The notes below the pieces were generated by a model. It saw only the letters and a list, made by a program, of their open reading frames with translations. It was not told where the DNA came from and ran no database searches. A stretch of DNA of 62,651 bases from Bacillota bacterium (GTDB taxonomy: Bacteria > Bacillota > Dethiobacteria > DTU022), in assembly GCA_012840855.1 (NCBI GenBank), contig DUVX01000150.1, positions 1 to 62,651 of the forward strand, written 5' to 3'. This document shows positions 25,743 to 34,058 of this stretch, in pieces. The position numbers and the translations under genes are program-made. The stretch's first letter is position 1. Each line of letters starts with the position of its first letter.

Positions 25743-28736
25743 ATGGCCGGTATTCTGAGCAAGATCTTCGGTAGCGCCAATGAAAGAGAAGTGCGCCGTC
25801 TCGGCGGGATAGTGGAAAAGATCAACAGCTTCGAGGAGAGAATGAAAACGCTGACCCCCGCCGGGTTTCCGGAGACGACCGCCCGGTTGAAGGAGCGCCT
25901 GGCGAAGGGTGAGAGCCTGGAGGAGCTTCTACCGGAAGCTTTTGCCCTCGTGCGGGAGGCGGCCCGCCGCACCGTGGGGATGCGGCCCTACGATGTCCAG
26001 CTTCTCGGCGCTATTGTCCTCCATCAGGGGCGTATTGCGGAGATGAAGACGGGCGAGGGGAAGACGCTGGTGGCGACGATGCCCGCCTACCTTAATTCTT
26101 TAAGCGGCAGGGGGACTCATATCGTCACCGTTAACGACTACCTGGCCCGCCGCGACAGCGAGTGGATGGGGCCGATTTACAAGCTTCTCGGCCTAACGGT
26201 AGGGCTGGTGGTGCATGATCTGACCCCGGCGGAGAGGCGGCAGGCCTACAGTGCCGATATCGTCTACGCCACCAACAATGAGCTGGGCTTCGATTACCTG
26301 CGCGATAATATGGTCCTCTACCGGGAGGAGCTGGTCCAGCGAGAGCTAAATTATGCCATCGTCGACGAGGTTGACAGTATCCTTATCGACGAAGCGCGGA
26401 CGCCGCTGATTATCAGCAGCCGGCTGGAGACGAAGCAGGAGTACAGCCGCTTTCGCCGCGATGTGGAGCAGCTTCTGCGCAAGCAGAACCGCCTCGTGAA
26501 CGATCTTCTCAGCGGCAGCGCTGAAGATATTGATCAGGGCCACAGGGAGGAAGCCGCTGAAAAACTTCTTCTGGCCCGCCGTGGCGCCCCCAAAAATAAG
26601 AAGCTGCTCAAGCTGCTCAAGGAACGGGGTATGGAGAGGGCGGTCGAACGGATCAAACAGATCTTGATGACCGAGAAGAGACTGAACCATTTTGACGAGA
26701 AGCTTTATTACACCATCGATGAGATTACCCGGGCCGTCTCCATCTCCCAGATGGGCTACCGCGAGCTCGTGCGGGGCAACCCCATGCTGGCTCGGCTGCT
26801 CGGCTTCGAAAGCGCTCCGGAGGGCGATGGCGAGGCTGATTCTGCCGATACCCCCGATGAGGAAAGCGGCGCTGGGGAGCAGCTGCACTTCATTCACCAG
26901 CTTCTGAAAGCGTACTCTCTTTACGAAAGAGATGTCGATTATGTCGTTCAGGAGGGTAAAGTGGTGATCGTCGATGAGTTTACCGGCCGCCTCATGTGGG
27001 GCCGGCGTTACTCCGAGGGGCTGCATCAGGCGATCGAGGCGAAGGAGGGGGTAGAGGTACAGGCCGATACCCGCACCGTGGCCTCGATTACCTTCCAGAA
27101 CTATTTTCGGATGTATGAAAAAATCTCCGGGATGACCGGGACGGCGCTTACTGAAGAAGAAGAATTCCGCAAAATTTACGGCATGGATGTGGTGGCCATC
27201 CCCACGAACCGGCCGCTGATTCGGGAAGAGCTGCCGGACAGGGTATACAAGACCGAGCGGGCCAAGTTCAAGGCGGCGGTGGAGGAGATTGCGCAGCGCC
27301 ATGAACGGGGACAGCCGGTCCTGGTGGGGACGATCTCCGTGGAAAAATCAGAGATGCTCAGCCGGATGCTTCAGCGGCAGGGTATCCGCCACGAGGTGCT
27401 CAATGCGGTGAACCACAGCCGCGAGGCGCAGATCATCGCTCAGGCCGGGAGCCGGGGAGCGGTGACGCTATCGACAAATATGGCCGGACGCGGTACCGAT
27501 ATCATCCTCGGGGGGAACCCCGAATACCGGGTCAGGGCGAGGTTGGAGAAAGAATTTGCCGCCAAGGAGCATGAACTCGATCCGGAGCAGCATCTGGCGT
27601 GGGAGAAAAGGCGCCGCGAGCTGATGGAAGAGGCGGAACGCCAGGTGGAGCGGGAGCGCAATGAAGTGATCGCCTTAGGCGGCCTGCATGTGCTCGGCAC
27701 GGAGCGCCATGAGAGCCGGCGCATCGACAATCAGCTGCGCGGCCGCTCGGGCCGCCAGGGCGATCCCGGTTCTTCAGAATTTGTCGTCTCCCTGGAGGAC
27801 GACCTGATGCGCCTTTTTGGCGCTGACAATATCGCTTCGCTGATGGATCGGTTCGGCCTGGAAGAGGATATCCCCATCGATCACCCCCTGGTCAGCCGGG
27901 CCATCGAGCGGGCCCAGAAAAAGGTGGAATCGCGAAATTTCGAGATCCGCCGGCACCTGCTGGACTACGACGATGTTCTGAACAAGCAGCGCGAGCTGAT
28001 CTACAAGCAGCGCCGCCAGGTTCTCGAGGGCGAGGATATGCGCGAGCAGATCACCTATATGGCCGGCGAGGTGATCGCCGCCCTGTTGCAGGAGCACTTT
28101 CGCGAGCACGATTACCTGGAAGAGTCCGAGGCCCGCGCCCTATTGCAGGCGGGGGAGAACTCTTTCTTGCGCCGCGGGCGGATCGCCGTGACGGCGCTGC
28201 TGGAAGCGGATCGGGCGGAGGCGGAGGCGCTGTTTTTAGAAGAATCGGGCGCCTTCTACGAAGAGCGCGAGCGGGAGCTGGGTGCCGAGATCGTGCGGGA
28301 GCTGGAGCGGGTGGTCCTGCTGCGCACTGTAGATCGGCACTGGATGTATTTTATCGATGAGATGCACGAGCTGCGCCAGGAGATCAATCTGCGTGCTTAC
28401 GGGCAGAAAGACCCCCTGGTAGAGTACCGCCTGGAGAGCTATGATATGTTTGAAGGGATGATCCAGACGATTCAGGAGGAGGTCGTCCGCGGGGTTTACC
28501 AGGCCCGGGTGGCGGCGCCGCCGCGGCGCCGCGCTGTAGCCGGGCCGGCGGCGGCGATCAGGCCGCAGCTGCCCCGGGCCGGAGGCGACAGCGCTCCGGC
28601 GGAGCGCAGCGAGGAGCGCAGGGACAGAGCACCGGCGGCGAAGCAGCAACCGATCAAGGTGGGTAAAAAAATAGGCCGTAATGATCCCTGCCCCTGCGGC
28701 AGCGGCAAAAAATACAAAAGGTGCTGCGGCGCCTGA
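25743..28736 (+). CDS. secA: preprotein translocase ATPase SecA
   Basis: MAGILSKIFGSANEREVRRL, MKTGEGKTL, VDEVDSILIDEARTPLIIS, C-terminal Zn site CPCGSGKKYKRCCG. At 997 aa it is long for SecA. Confidence 0.95.
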   Translation: MAGILSKIFGSANEREVRRLGGIVEKINSFEERMKTLTPAGFPETTARLKERLAKGESLEELLPEAFALVREAARRTVGMRPYDVQLLGAIVLHQGRIAEMKTGEGKTLVATMPAYLNSLSGRGTHIVTVNDYLARRDSEWMGPIYKLLGLTVGLVVHDLTPAERRQAYSADIVYATNNELGFDYLRDNMVLYREELVQRELNYAIVDEVDSILIDEARTPLIISSRLETKQEYSRFRRDVEQLLRKQNRLVNDLLSGSAEDIDQGHREEAAEKLLLARRGAPKNKKLLKLLKERGMERAVERIKQILMTEKRLNHFDEKLYYTIDEITRAVSISQMGYRELVRGNPMLARLLGFESAPEGDGEADSADTPDEESGAGEQLHFIHQLLKAYSLYERDVDYVVQEGKVVIVDEFTGRLMWGRRYSEGLHQAIEAKEGVEVQADTRTVASITFQNYFRMYEKISGMTGTALTEEEEFRKIYGMDVVAIPTNRPLIREELPDRVYKTERAKFKAAVEEIAQRHERGQPVLVGTISVEKSEMLSRMLQRQGIRHEVLNAVNHSREAQIIAQAGSRGAVTLSTNMAGRGTDIILGGNPEYRVRARLEKEFAAKEHELDPEQHLAWEKRRRELMEEAERQVERERNEVIALGGLHVLGTERHESRRIDNQLRGRSGRQGDPGSSEFVVSLEDDLMRLFGADNIASLMDRFGLEEDIPIDHPLVSRAIERAQKKVESRNFEIRRHLLDYDDVLNKQRELIYKQRRQVLEGEDMREQITYMAGEVIAALLQEHFREHDYLEESEARALLQAGENSFLRRGRIAVTALLEADRAEAEALFLEESGAFYEERERELGAEIVRELERVVLLRTVDRHWMYFIDEMHELRQEINLRAYGQKDPLVEYRLESYDMFEGMIQTIQEEVVRGVYQARVAAPPRRRAVAGPAAAIRPQLPRAGGDSAPAERSEERRDRAPAAKQQPIKVGKKIGRNDPCPCGSGKKYKRCCGA

Positions 28737-28793
28737 GGTGAAGCGGTGCAACATGAATCAGCCGCTTCACTGCGGGGCGGCAGGAAAGCGAGA

Positions 28794-29946
28794 GTGAGCA
28801 TAGTGTTGAAGGAATATACTGAGGCGCTGGAGCGGCAGCGGCAGCGTTTTCGCGAAATGGGGGCTTCTCTTTGAGTTTGCTCGCAAAGAGGAGCGGCTGA
28901 AAAGGGCGGAGCAGAAGGCCGCCGATCCTGCTCTCTGGGAAGAGGGGGCTCGCGCCCAGGAGCTCATGAAAAAACTGGGGGCCCTTCGCGAAGAGCTGCG
29001 CCCCCTGCGCGAGCTAACCGAACAGCTGGAGGAGATCGAAGTATTGCTGGAGCTGGCCCGGGAGGATCCTGGGGACGGCAGGGAAGCGCTGGGGGAAGCG
29101 GCGGCGGCGCTGGAGGAGAGCGGGCGGCTGCTTGACCGCCTGGAGCTGGCGACTCTTTTTAGCGGCGATTACGATTTCAACGATGCCATCGTTTCGATTC
29201 ACTCGGGGGCCGGCGGGCTGGAATCGCAGGATTGGGCGGAGATGCTGCTGCGGATGTATACCCGCTGGGCCGAGCAGAAGGGCTGGGAGGTGGAGCTCGT
29301 CGATCTGCTGGCAGATGATGAGGCCGGGATCAAGAGCGCTACCCTCATCGTGCGCGGGCATGCGGCGTACGGCCTGTTTCAGGCGGAAAAGGGGGTTCAT
29401 CGTCTCATCCGGATCTCGCCCTTCGATACCGCCCGGCGGCGCCATACCTCCTTTGCCTCCATCGATGTGATCCCTGAGGTGGAGGAAGAGGAGTTCGTCA
29501 TCGACGCCGACGATCTGCGGATCGACACCTTCCGCTCCAGCGGCGCCGGCGGGCAGCATGTCAACAAAACAGATTCCGCGGTGCGGATCACCCATCTCCC
29601 CACGGGGATAGTCGTGACCTGTCAGAATAACCGATCCCAGCACAGCAACCGGGTTCAGGCGATGCGCATTCTCCAGGCACGCCTGGCGGAGATCCAGCGG
29701 CGGGAGCAGGCTGCAGAGCTGTCGGCCCTGCGCGGCTCCCAAAAAGAGATCGCCTGGGGCAGTCAGATCCGTACTTATACCTTTCATCCTTTTACCCTGG
29801 TCAAGGATCATCGTACCGGTGTCGAAAGTGGACGGATCGAGGCGGTGATGGACGGTGCCCTCGATCCCTTTGTGGAGGCCTACCTGCGCTGGCAGGCCCG
29901 CCGGCGCCATGGGGAGCTGGAGACACCGGAGAAAGGCCGCGCTTAA
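28794..29946 (+). CDS. prfB: peptide chain release factor 2, requires programmed +1 frameshift at CTT TGA (28869-28874)
   Basis: Frame 0 reads (GTG 28794) MSIVLKEYTEALERQRQRFREMGASL then TGA. The +1 frame from 28873 continues EFARKEERLKRAEQKAADPALWEE...SPF...GGQHVNKT. A GGGGG SD-like element lies just upstream of the CTT. The track shows only 28966..29946. Confidence 0.9.
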
Positions 29947-30813
29947 ATGAAGACGCTTTACGGTAGATTTAGAGCATCCGGCGGTGCCTTTGCGGCGGTA
30001 ATCGTCGGCTCTCTGCTCATGGCTGCGGGGATGAACTCATTCCTTATCCCCAATCGCCTGGCTGCAGGGGGGTTTAGCGGCTTTGCGGTGATCCTGTTTC
30101 ACCTTTTCAAAATTCCCACCGGTTTAACGATCATCGTACTGAACATACCCCTCTTTGTGGCGGCCTGGCTGCTGCTGGGGTCTGACAAGGTGGGGCGTAA
30201 TCTGCTGGGCTCTTTACTGTTCCCTCTGGCTATTGAGCTCACTGCACCCTACCTGCCCGTCCTGACCTGGGATCCCCTGCTTGCCTCGGTCTACGGCGGG
30301 ATCGTCATGGGCCTGGGCTTGGGGCTGATCTTTCGCTACCAGGGGTCCTCGGGGGGAACCGCCCTGCTTTCCCTCATCCTGAACCGGACCACGGGCCTCA
30401 CAGTGGGGCAGGCTCTTTTAGGGTCTGATCTGGTGGTGATCGGGATGGCTGTCTTTATGCTCGGGGCCGAGGCGGCGATGTACTCGGCGCTCTCCCTTTT
30501 TATCAGCACCAAGGTGATCGATCTCATTCAGGAGGGGATCAACCCGGCGAAGACCGCTTTGATCATCACTACGCGCGGCGAGGAGATCAACCGCGGTCTC
30601 CTCGCCGAGCTGGAGCGCGGGGTAACCAGGATCACCGGGCGGGGCGGCTATACCGGGGAGGAGCGTGAGCTTTTGCTCTGCGTTATTTCCCGCCCCCAGG
30701 TAGCCCGGTTGAAAGCGCTGGTCCACGAGCTCGATCCGACGGCCTTCGTCATTATCGGCAGCGCCGGTGCCGTTCATGGCGAGGGCTTCAAGACGCTCTC
30801 TCACCCTGATTGA
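29947..30813 (+). CDS. YitT-family membrane protein (DUF2179 C-terminal domain)
   Basis: ...FLIPNRLAAGGFSGFAVIL... followed by multiple TM segments. It starts directly after the prfB stop. Confidence 0.8.
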   Translation: MKTLYGRFRASGGAFAAVIVGSLLMAAGMNSFLIPNRLAAGGFSGFAVILFHLFKIPTGLTIIVLNIPLFVAAWLLLGSDKVGRNLLGSLLFPLAIELTAPYLPVLTWDPLLASVYGGIVMGLGLGLIFRYQGSSGGTALLSLILNRTTGLTVGQALLGSDLVVIGMAVFMLGAEAAMYSALSLFISTKVIDLIQEGINPAKTALIITTRGEEINRGLLAELERGVTRITGRGGYTGEERELLLCVISRPQVARLKALVHELDPTAFVIIGSAGAVHGEGFKTLSHPD

Positions 30814-31012
30814 CAAATTTGCAGATCTGGTCGGTCGCCGGTCCGTCATTCTGAGCGCAGCGAAGCATTTCCTGTTAAAAGCCGCTCCTTTATCCAGAGG
30901 GCCCCATCTTGCTAAAAACACCCTCATGTTAAAATATCCCTGGTAAAAGTTATTAAATTAAATTAATAATAAAGCAGGAAATAGTTTATCGGTGTCGAAT
31001 ATTGTTTTCGAC

Positions 31013-31029
31013 TGTTAAGTTTATGTTAA
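31013..31029 (+). promoter_or_regulatory. perfect WalR (YycF)-type direct repeat TGTTAA-N5-TGTTAA
   Basis: TGTTAAgtttaTGTTAA matches TGTWAH-N5-TGTWAH at all 12 specified positions, 26 nt before the ftsE ATG. Confidence 0.4.
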
Positions 31030-31054
31030 GTTATTTTTGGGGGAAGGTTGGACT

Positions 31055-31744
31055 ATGGTTGAAGCTAAAGGGATCTATCATCGCTACGATAAAAAAGGCA
31101 AAGATGTATTAATTGATATCAATTTTATGATCAACCGCGGCGAATTTGTCTTCTTTGTTGGCCCCAGCGGGGCGGGAAAATCGACTCTTTTTAAGATGAT
31201 CATCCGGGAGATTATCCCCCGGGAGGGTTATCTGAAGGTCTTCGGCCATGATCTGTCGGGGATGCGGCAGAGTCGGGTGCCCTACCTGCGGCGCAATATC
31301 GGCATGGTCTTCCAGGATTTCCGGCTCCTCGATGAGCGGACCACCGCTGAAAATATCGCTTTTGCCATGCGCGTTACCGGCGCCTCCCAGCGCGAAATCA
31401 GGCGGCGGGTGCCCTATGTTCTCGAGCTGGTGGGCCTGCGGGAGAAAGCTGCGGCCCGGGTTTGTGATCTTTCCGGCGGCGAGCAGCAGCGGGTGGGACT
31501 GGCCCGGGCCATTATCAACCGCCCTGCCATGATCATCGCCGATGAGCCCACCGGAAATCTTGATCCGGACAATTCTTATGAGATCATGAATATTTTAAGG
31601 ACAATCAATATTCGCGGCACCACCGTCCTGGTGGCGACGCACAACAGTGAAATTGTGGACCGCCTGAAGAAGCGGGTCATTCATCTTAACCAGGGCCGGC
31701 TCACCGTCGACGAAGAGAAGGGGGCTTATGCCAGTGTCCTTTAA
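31055..31744 (+). CDS. ftsE: cell-division ABC ATPase FtsE
   Basis: [37 protein letters not shown] 31055 is preferred over TTG 31037. Confidence 0.9.
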   Translation: MVEAKGIYHRYDKKGKDVLIDINFMINRGEFVFFVGPSGAGKSTLFKMIIREIIPREGYLKVFGHDLSGMRQSRVPYLRRNIGMVFQDFRLLDERTTAENIAFAMRVTGASQREIRRRVPYVLELVGLREKAAARVCDLSGGEQQRVGLARAIINRPAMIIADEPTGNLDPDNSYEIMNILRTINIRGTTVLVATHNSEIVDRLKKRVIHLNQGRLTVDEEKGAYASVL

Positions 31745-32621
31745 CAGCTTTCTTTATGCCTGCGGTGAAGCCTGGAGCAATCTTTACCGGAATAAGTGGA
31801 TGACGATGGCCTCTGTGGGAGTAGTCGTGGTGACTCTGCTGATGCTGGGCGGCTTCATGGTGGTTAATTTGAACCTGAATCAGATCACCTCCGATGTCAG
31901 GGAGCAGGTAGAGATCGTTCTCTATATCGATGAAGAATCGACGGCGGAGGAGCAGGAGCAGCTGCACAGCAAGCTGCTGGCCCACCGTTCCCTTAACGAA
32001 GTCCGCTTTGTTCACCGAGATGAAGCGATGAAACGCCTGAAAGAACAGCTGGGGGATGTAGTGGAGGGATACGAGGGCGCCGCAGACAATCCCCTGCGCG
32101 ACTCTTACGAGCTGCACACCCTTCGCCCTGAGATGGTGGGAGATGTGGCCCGAGAGCTGGAGGGATACCCCGCCGTGGCCGAAGTCTATTATGGGGAGGC
32201 GACGGTGGAGAAGCTCTTCGCGGCCACCCGCGCCGTGCAGCTGGTGGGCCTCGGCCTGATGACGGGGCTGGCCGTTACTGCGGTTTTTTTAATCGCCCAC
32301 ACGATCAGGCTAACTGTTTTTATCCGCCGCCGCGAGATCATGATCATGAAATATGTAGGGGCAACAAACTGGTTTATCCGCTGGCCTTTTGTGCTCGAAG
32401 GGATGTTTATCGGCGCCTTAGGGGCGGCGCTGCCGCTGGGAGCGATCTACTATATCTACCAGGCATCTCTGGAATGGGTCATGGCGAACAACCTCATGTT
32501 TTTGACGCTCGTGCCTGCTTCTTTGATTATGGGCGAGCTGGTGAAGTGCCTCCTTCCCCTGGGAACAGGGCTGGGGATTCTGGGGAGCGCTTTCTCCATG
32601 GGCCGATTTTTACGGGTATGA
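31728..32621 (+). CDS. ftsX: cell-division permease-like protein FtsX
   Basis: FtsX topology: TM1, a large extracytoplasmic loop, then 3 TM segments. 17-nt overlap with ftsE. Confidence 0.9.
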   Translation: MPVSFNSFLYACGEAWSNLYRNKWMTMASVGVVVVTLLMLGGFMVVNLNLNQITSDVREQVEIVLYIDEESTAEEQEQLHSKLLAHRSLNEVRFVHRDEAMKRLKEQLGDVVEGYEGAADNPLRDSYELHTLRPEMVGDVARELEGYPAVAEVYYGEATVEKLFAATRAVQLVGLGLMTGLAVTAVFLIAHTIRLTVFIRRREIMIMKYVGATNWFIRWPFVLEGMFIGALGAALPLGAIYYIYQASLEWVMANNLMFLTLVPASLIMGELVKCLLPLGTGLGILGSAFSMGRFLRV

Positions 32622-32663
32622 TGGCTGGGCTGACTGACAAACCGCTACCGGGGGGGATCGATC

Positions 32664-33830
32664 ATGGGTCGGACTAAAATCTGGGGGTTGCTTGCTCTTG
32701 TGCTAACCCTGCTTATGCTGGCGTCGTCGGTGGCGCCCGTCTTTGCCTCCATGCAGGAGCTTGAGCAGAAGAGAGAAGATATCCATCGAAAACTCGATCA
32801 GGAGCGGAGCAATCTTAAAGAGCAGCGCAGCCGCAAGGCGGATCTTGAGGATGAGTTGGCGCAGCTCGATCGCCGCCTGCGGGAGCTGCAATCTGAGCTG
32901 GCGCAGATCAACGGTGAGATTACTGCTACCGAAACCGAGATCGCCCGGGTAGAAGAAAAGATCGCCGAGACTGAGGCTGAGCTCGCCGAAAAAGAGGCTC
33001 TTTTCAAGCGCCGCCTCAGGGCGATCTATGAACAGGGTTCCCTCTCCTATATCGACATCCTTTTCGGCGCTTCTTCATTTAATGATTTTTTGACCCGCTT
33101 CAATAATCTTAAGCTTATCGCCTCGAATGATCAGGTCCTCATCGACGAGGTGCGGGCTGAAAAGGACCGTATCGAGGCGATGAAGGAGGAGCTGCAGCAG
33201 GAAAAAAACCGCCTCGATGGGCTGCGCCGTCAGATCCTGGCCAGCGAGGAGGAGGTAAAGCGCACAGTTTCCTCCCGTCAGGCGGTGAGGGGAGAGCTTC
33301 AGGCGGAGATCGATCGGGCCAGTAAAAAGATCAGGGAGCTCGAGAAAGCCAGCGCAGAGCTGGAGCGGAAGATGCGGGAACAGAGTACCGGCAGCGGCGG
33401 CAGCGCCCTTTACTGGCCTTCTTCGCCGCGGGGATATATCTCATCGGCCTTCGGCATGCGCTATCACCCCATCTATTACGCATGGCGCCATCATGATGGG
33501 ATCGATATCGCTACCACCGGCTATATCCTTGCAGCCGATAACGGCCGGGTGATTACAGTAAGCTATAATAGCGCTTTTGGCAATTATATCGCCATCGACC
33601 ATCAAAACGGCCTCAGCACGATCTACAAACATATGCGCAGCGGCAGCATGATGGTGAGTGAGGGCCAGCAGGTGACCCGGGGCCAGCGTATCGGCATCGC
33701 CGGCAGTACCGGCGACAGCACCGGCGTCCACCTCCACTTTGAAGTGCTCGATTACAACAAGCCGCCGTACATCCATCCAGACAGGGGCACCCTGGTCTAC
33801 TATCGCGATCCCCTGCTCTATCTAAAATAG
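32664..33830 (+). CDS. coiled-coil M23/LytM peptidoglycan endopeptidase (EnvC/PcsB-analogous FtsEX partner)
   Basis: Signal/TM segment, about 230 aa of heptad-rich coiled coil, then an M23 domain with intact HHDGIDI and GVHLHFEV motifs. Confidence 0.85.
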   Translation: MGRTKIWGLLALVLTLLMLASSVAPVFASMQELEQKREDIHRKLDQERSNLKEQRSRKADLEDELAQLDRRLRELQSELAQINGEITATETEIARVEEKIAETEAELAEKEALFKRRLRAIYEQGSLSYIDILFGASSFNDFLTRFNNLKLIASNDQVLIDEVRAEKDRIEAMKEELQQEKNRLDGLRRQILASEEEVKRTVSSRQAVRGELQAEIDRASKKIRELEKASAELERKMREQSTGSGGSALYWPSSPRGYISSAFGMRYHPIYYAWRHHDGIDIATTGYILAADNGRVITVSYNSAFGNYIAIDHQNGLSTIYKHMRSGSMMVSEGQQVTRGQRIGIAGSTGDSTGVHLHFEVLDYNKPPYIHPDRGTLVYYRDPLLYLK

Positions 33831-34058
33831 TGAGTAACGGGGATGGTTCCTTTTACTCACTCACTGTTTCATTGAATCGTTGAGCCTCACCCCGCCACGG
33901 GGGCTCCCTGCTCCTACAAAAAAGCGACGCACTGTCAGATTATATTTGCTCATTGTAGGGTTATTTTTAAGAGTACGCCGTCCCGCTGGTCTTTTGCGCG
34001 GGGCGGCGTTATAATTGAACCCAGATAGTCTACAGAAGAGAGGAGACAGTAAGCGGCC

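Noticed and set aside
26346-27302. 318-aa minus-strand ORF (also 29014..29910, 298 aa; 6573..7412, 279 aa; 15833..16621, 262 aa; 48753..49520, 255 aa)
   Set aside because: All lie antisense to confidently identified genes (secA, prfB, the spoIIQ-like gene, moxR, rpoN/pgk). None has a start context or any domain signature.
33831-34058. 228-nt spacer before ctp: checked for a riboswitch (e.g. ydaO/c-di-AMP) and for minus ORF 33861..34100
   Set aside because: It has only local hairpins (AGTGAGTAA/TTACTCACT; CGCCGTCCCGC/GCGGGGCGGCG) and no recognisable conserved riboswitch core. The ORF is low-complexity with no SD.
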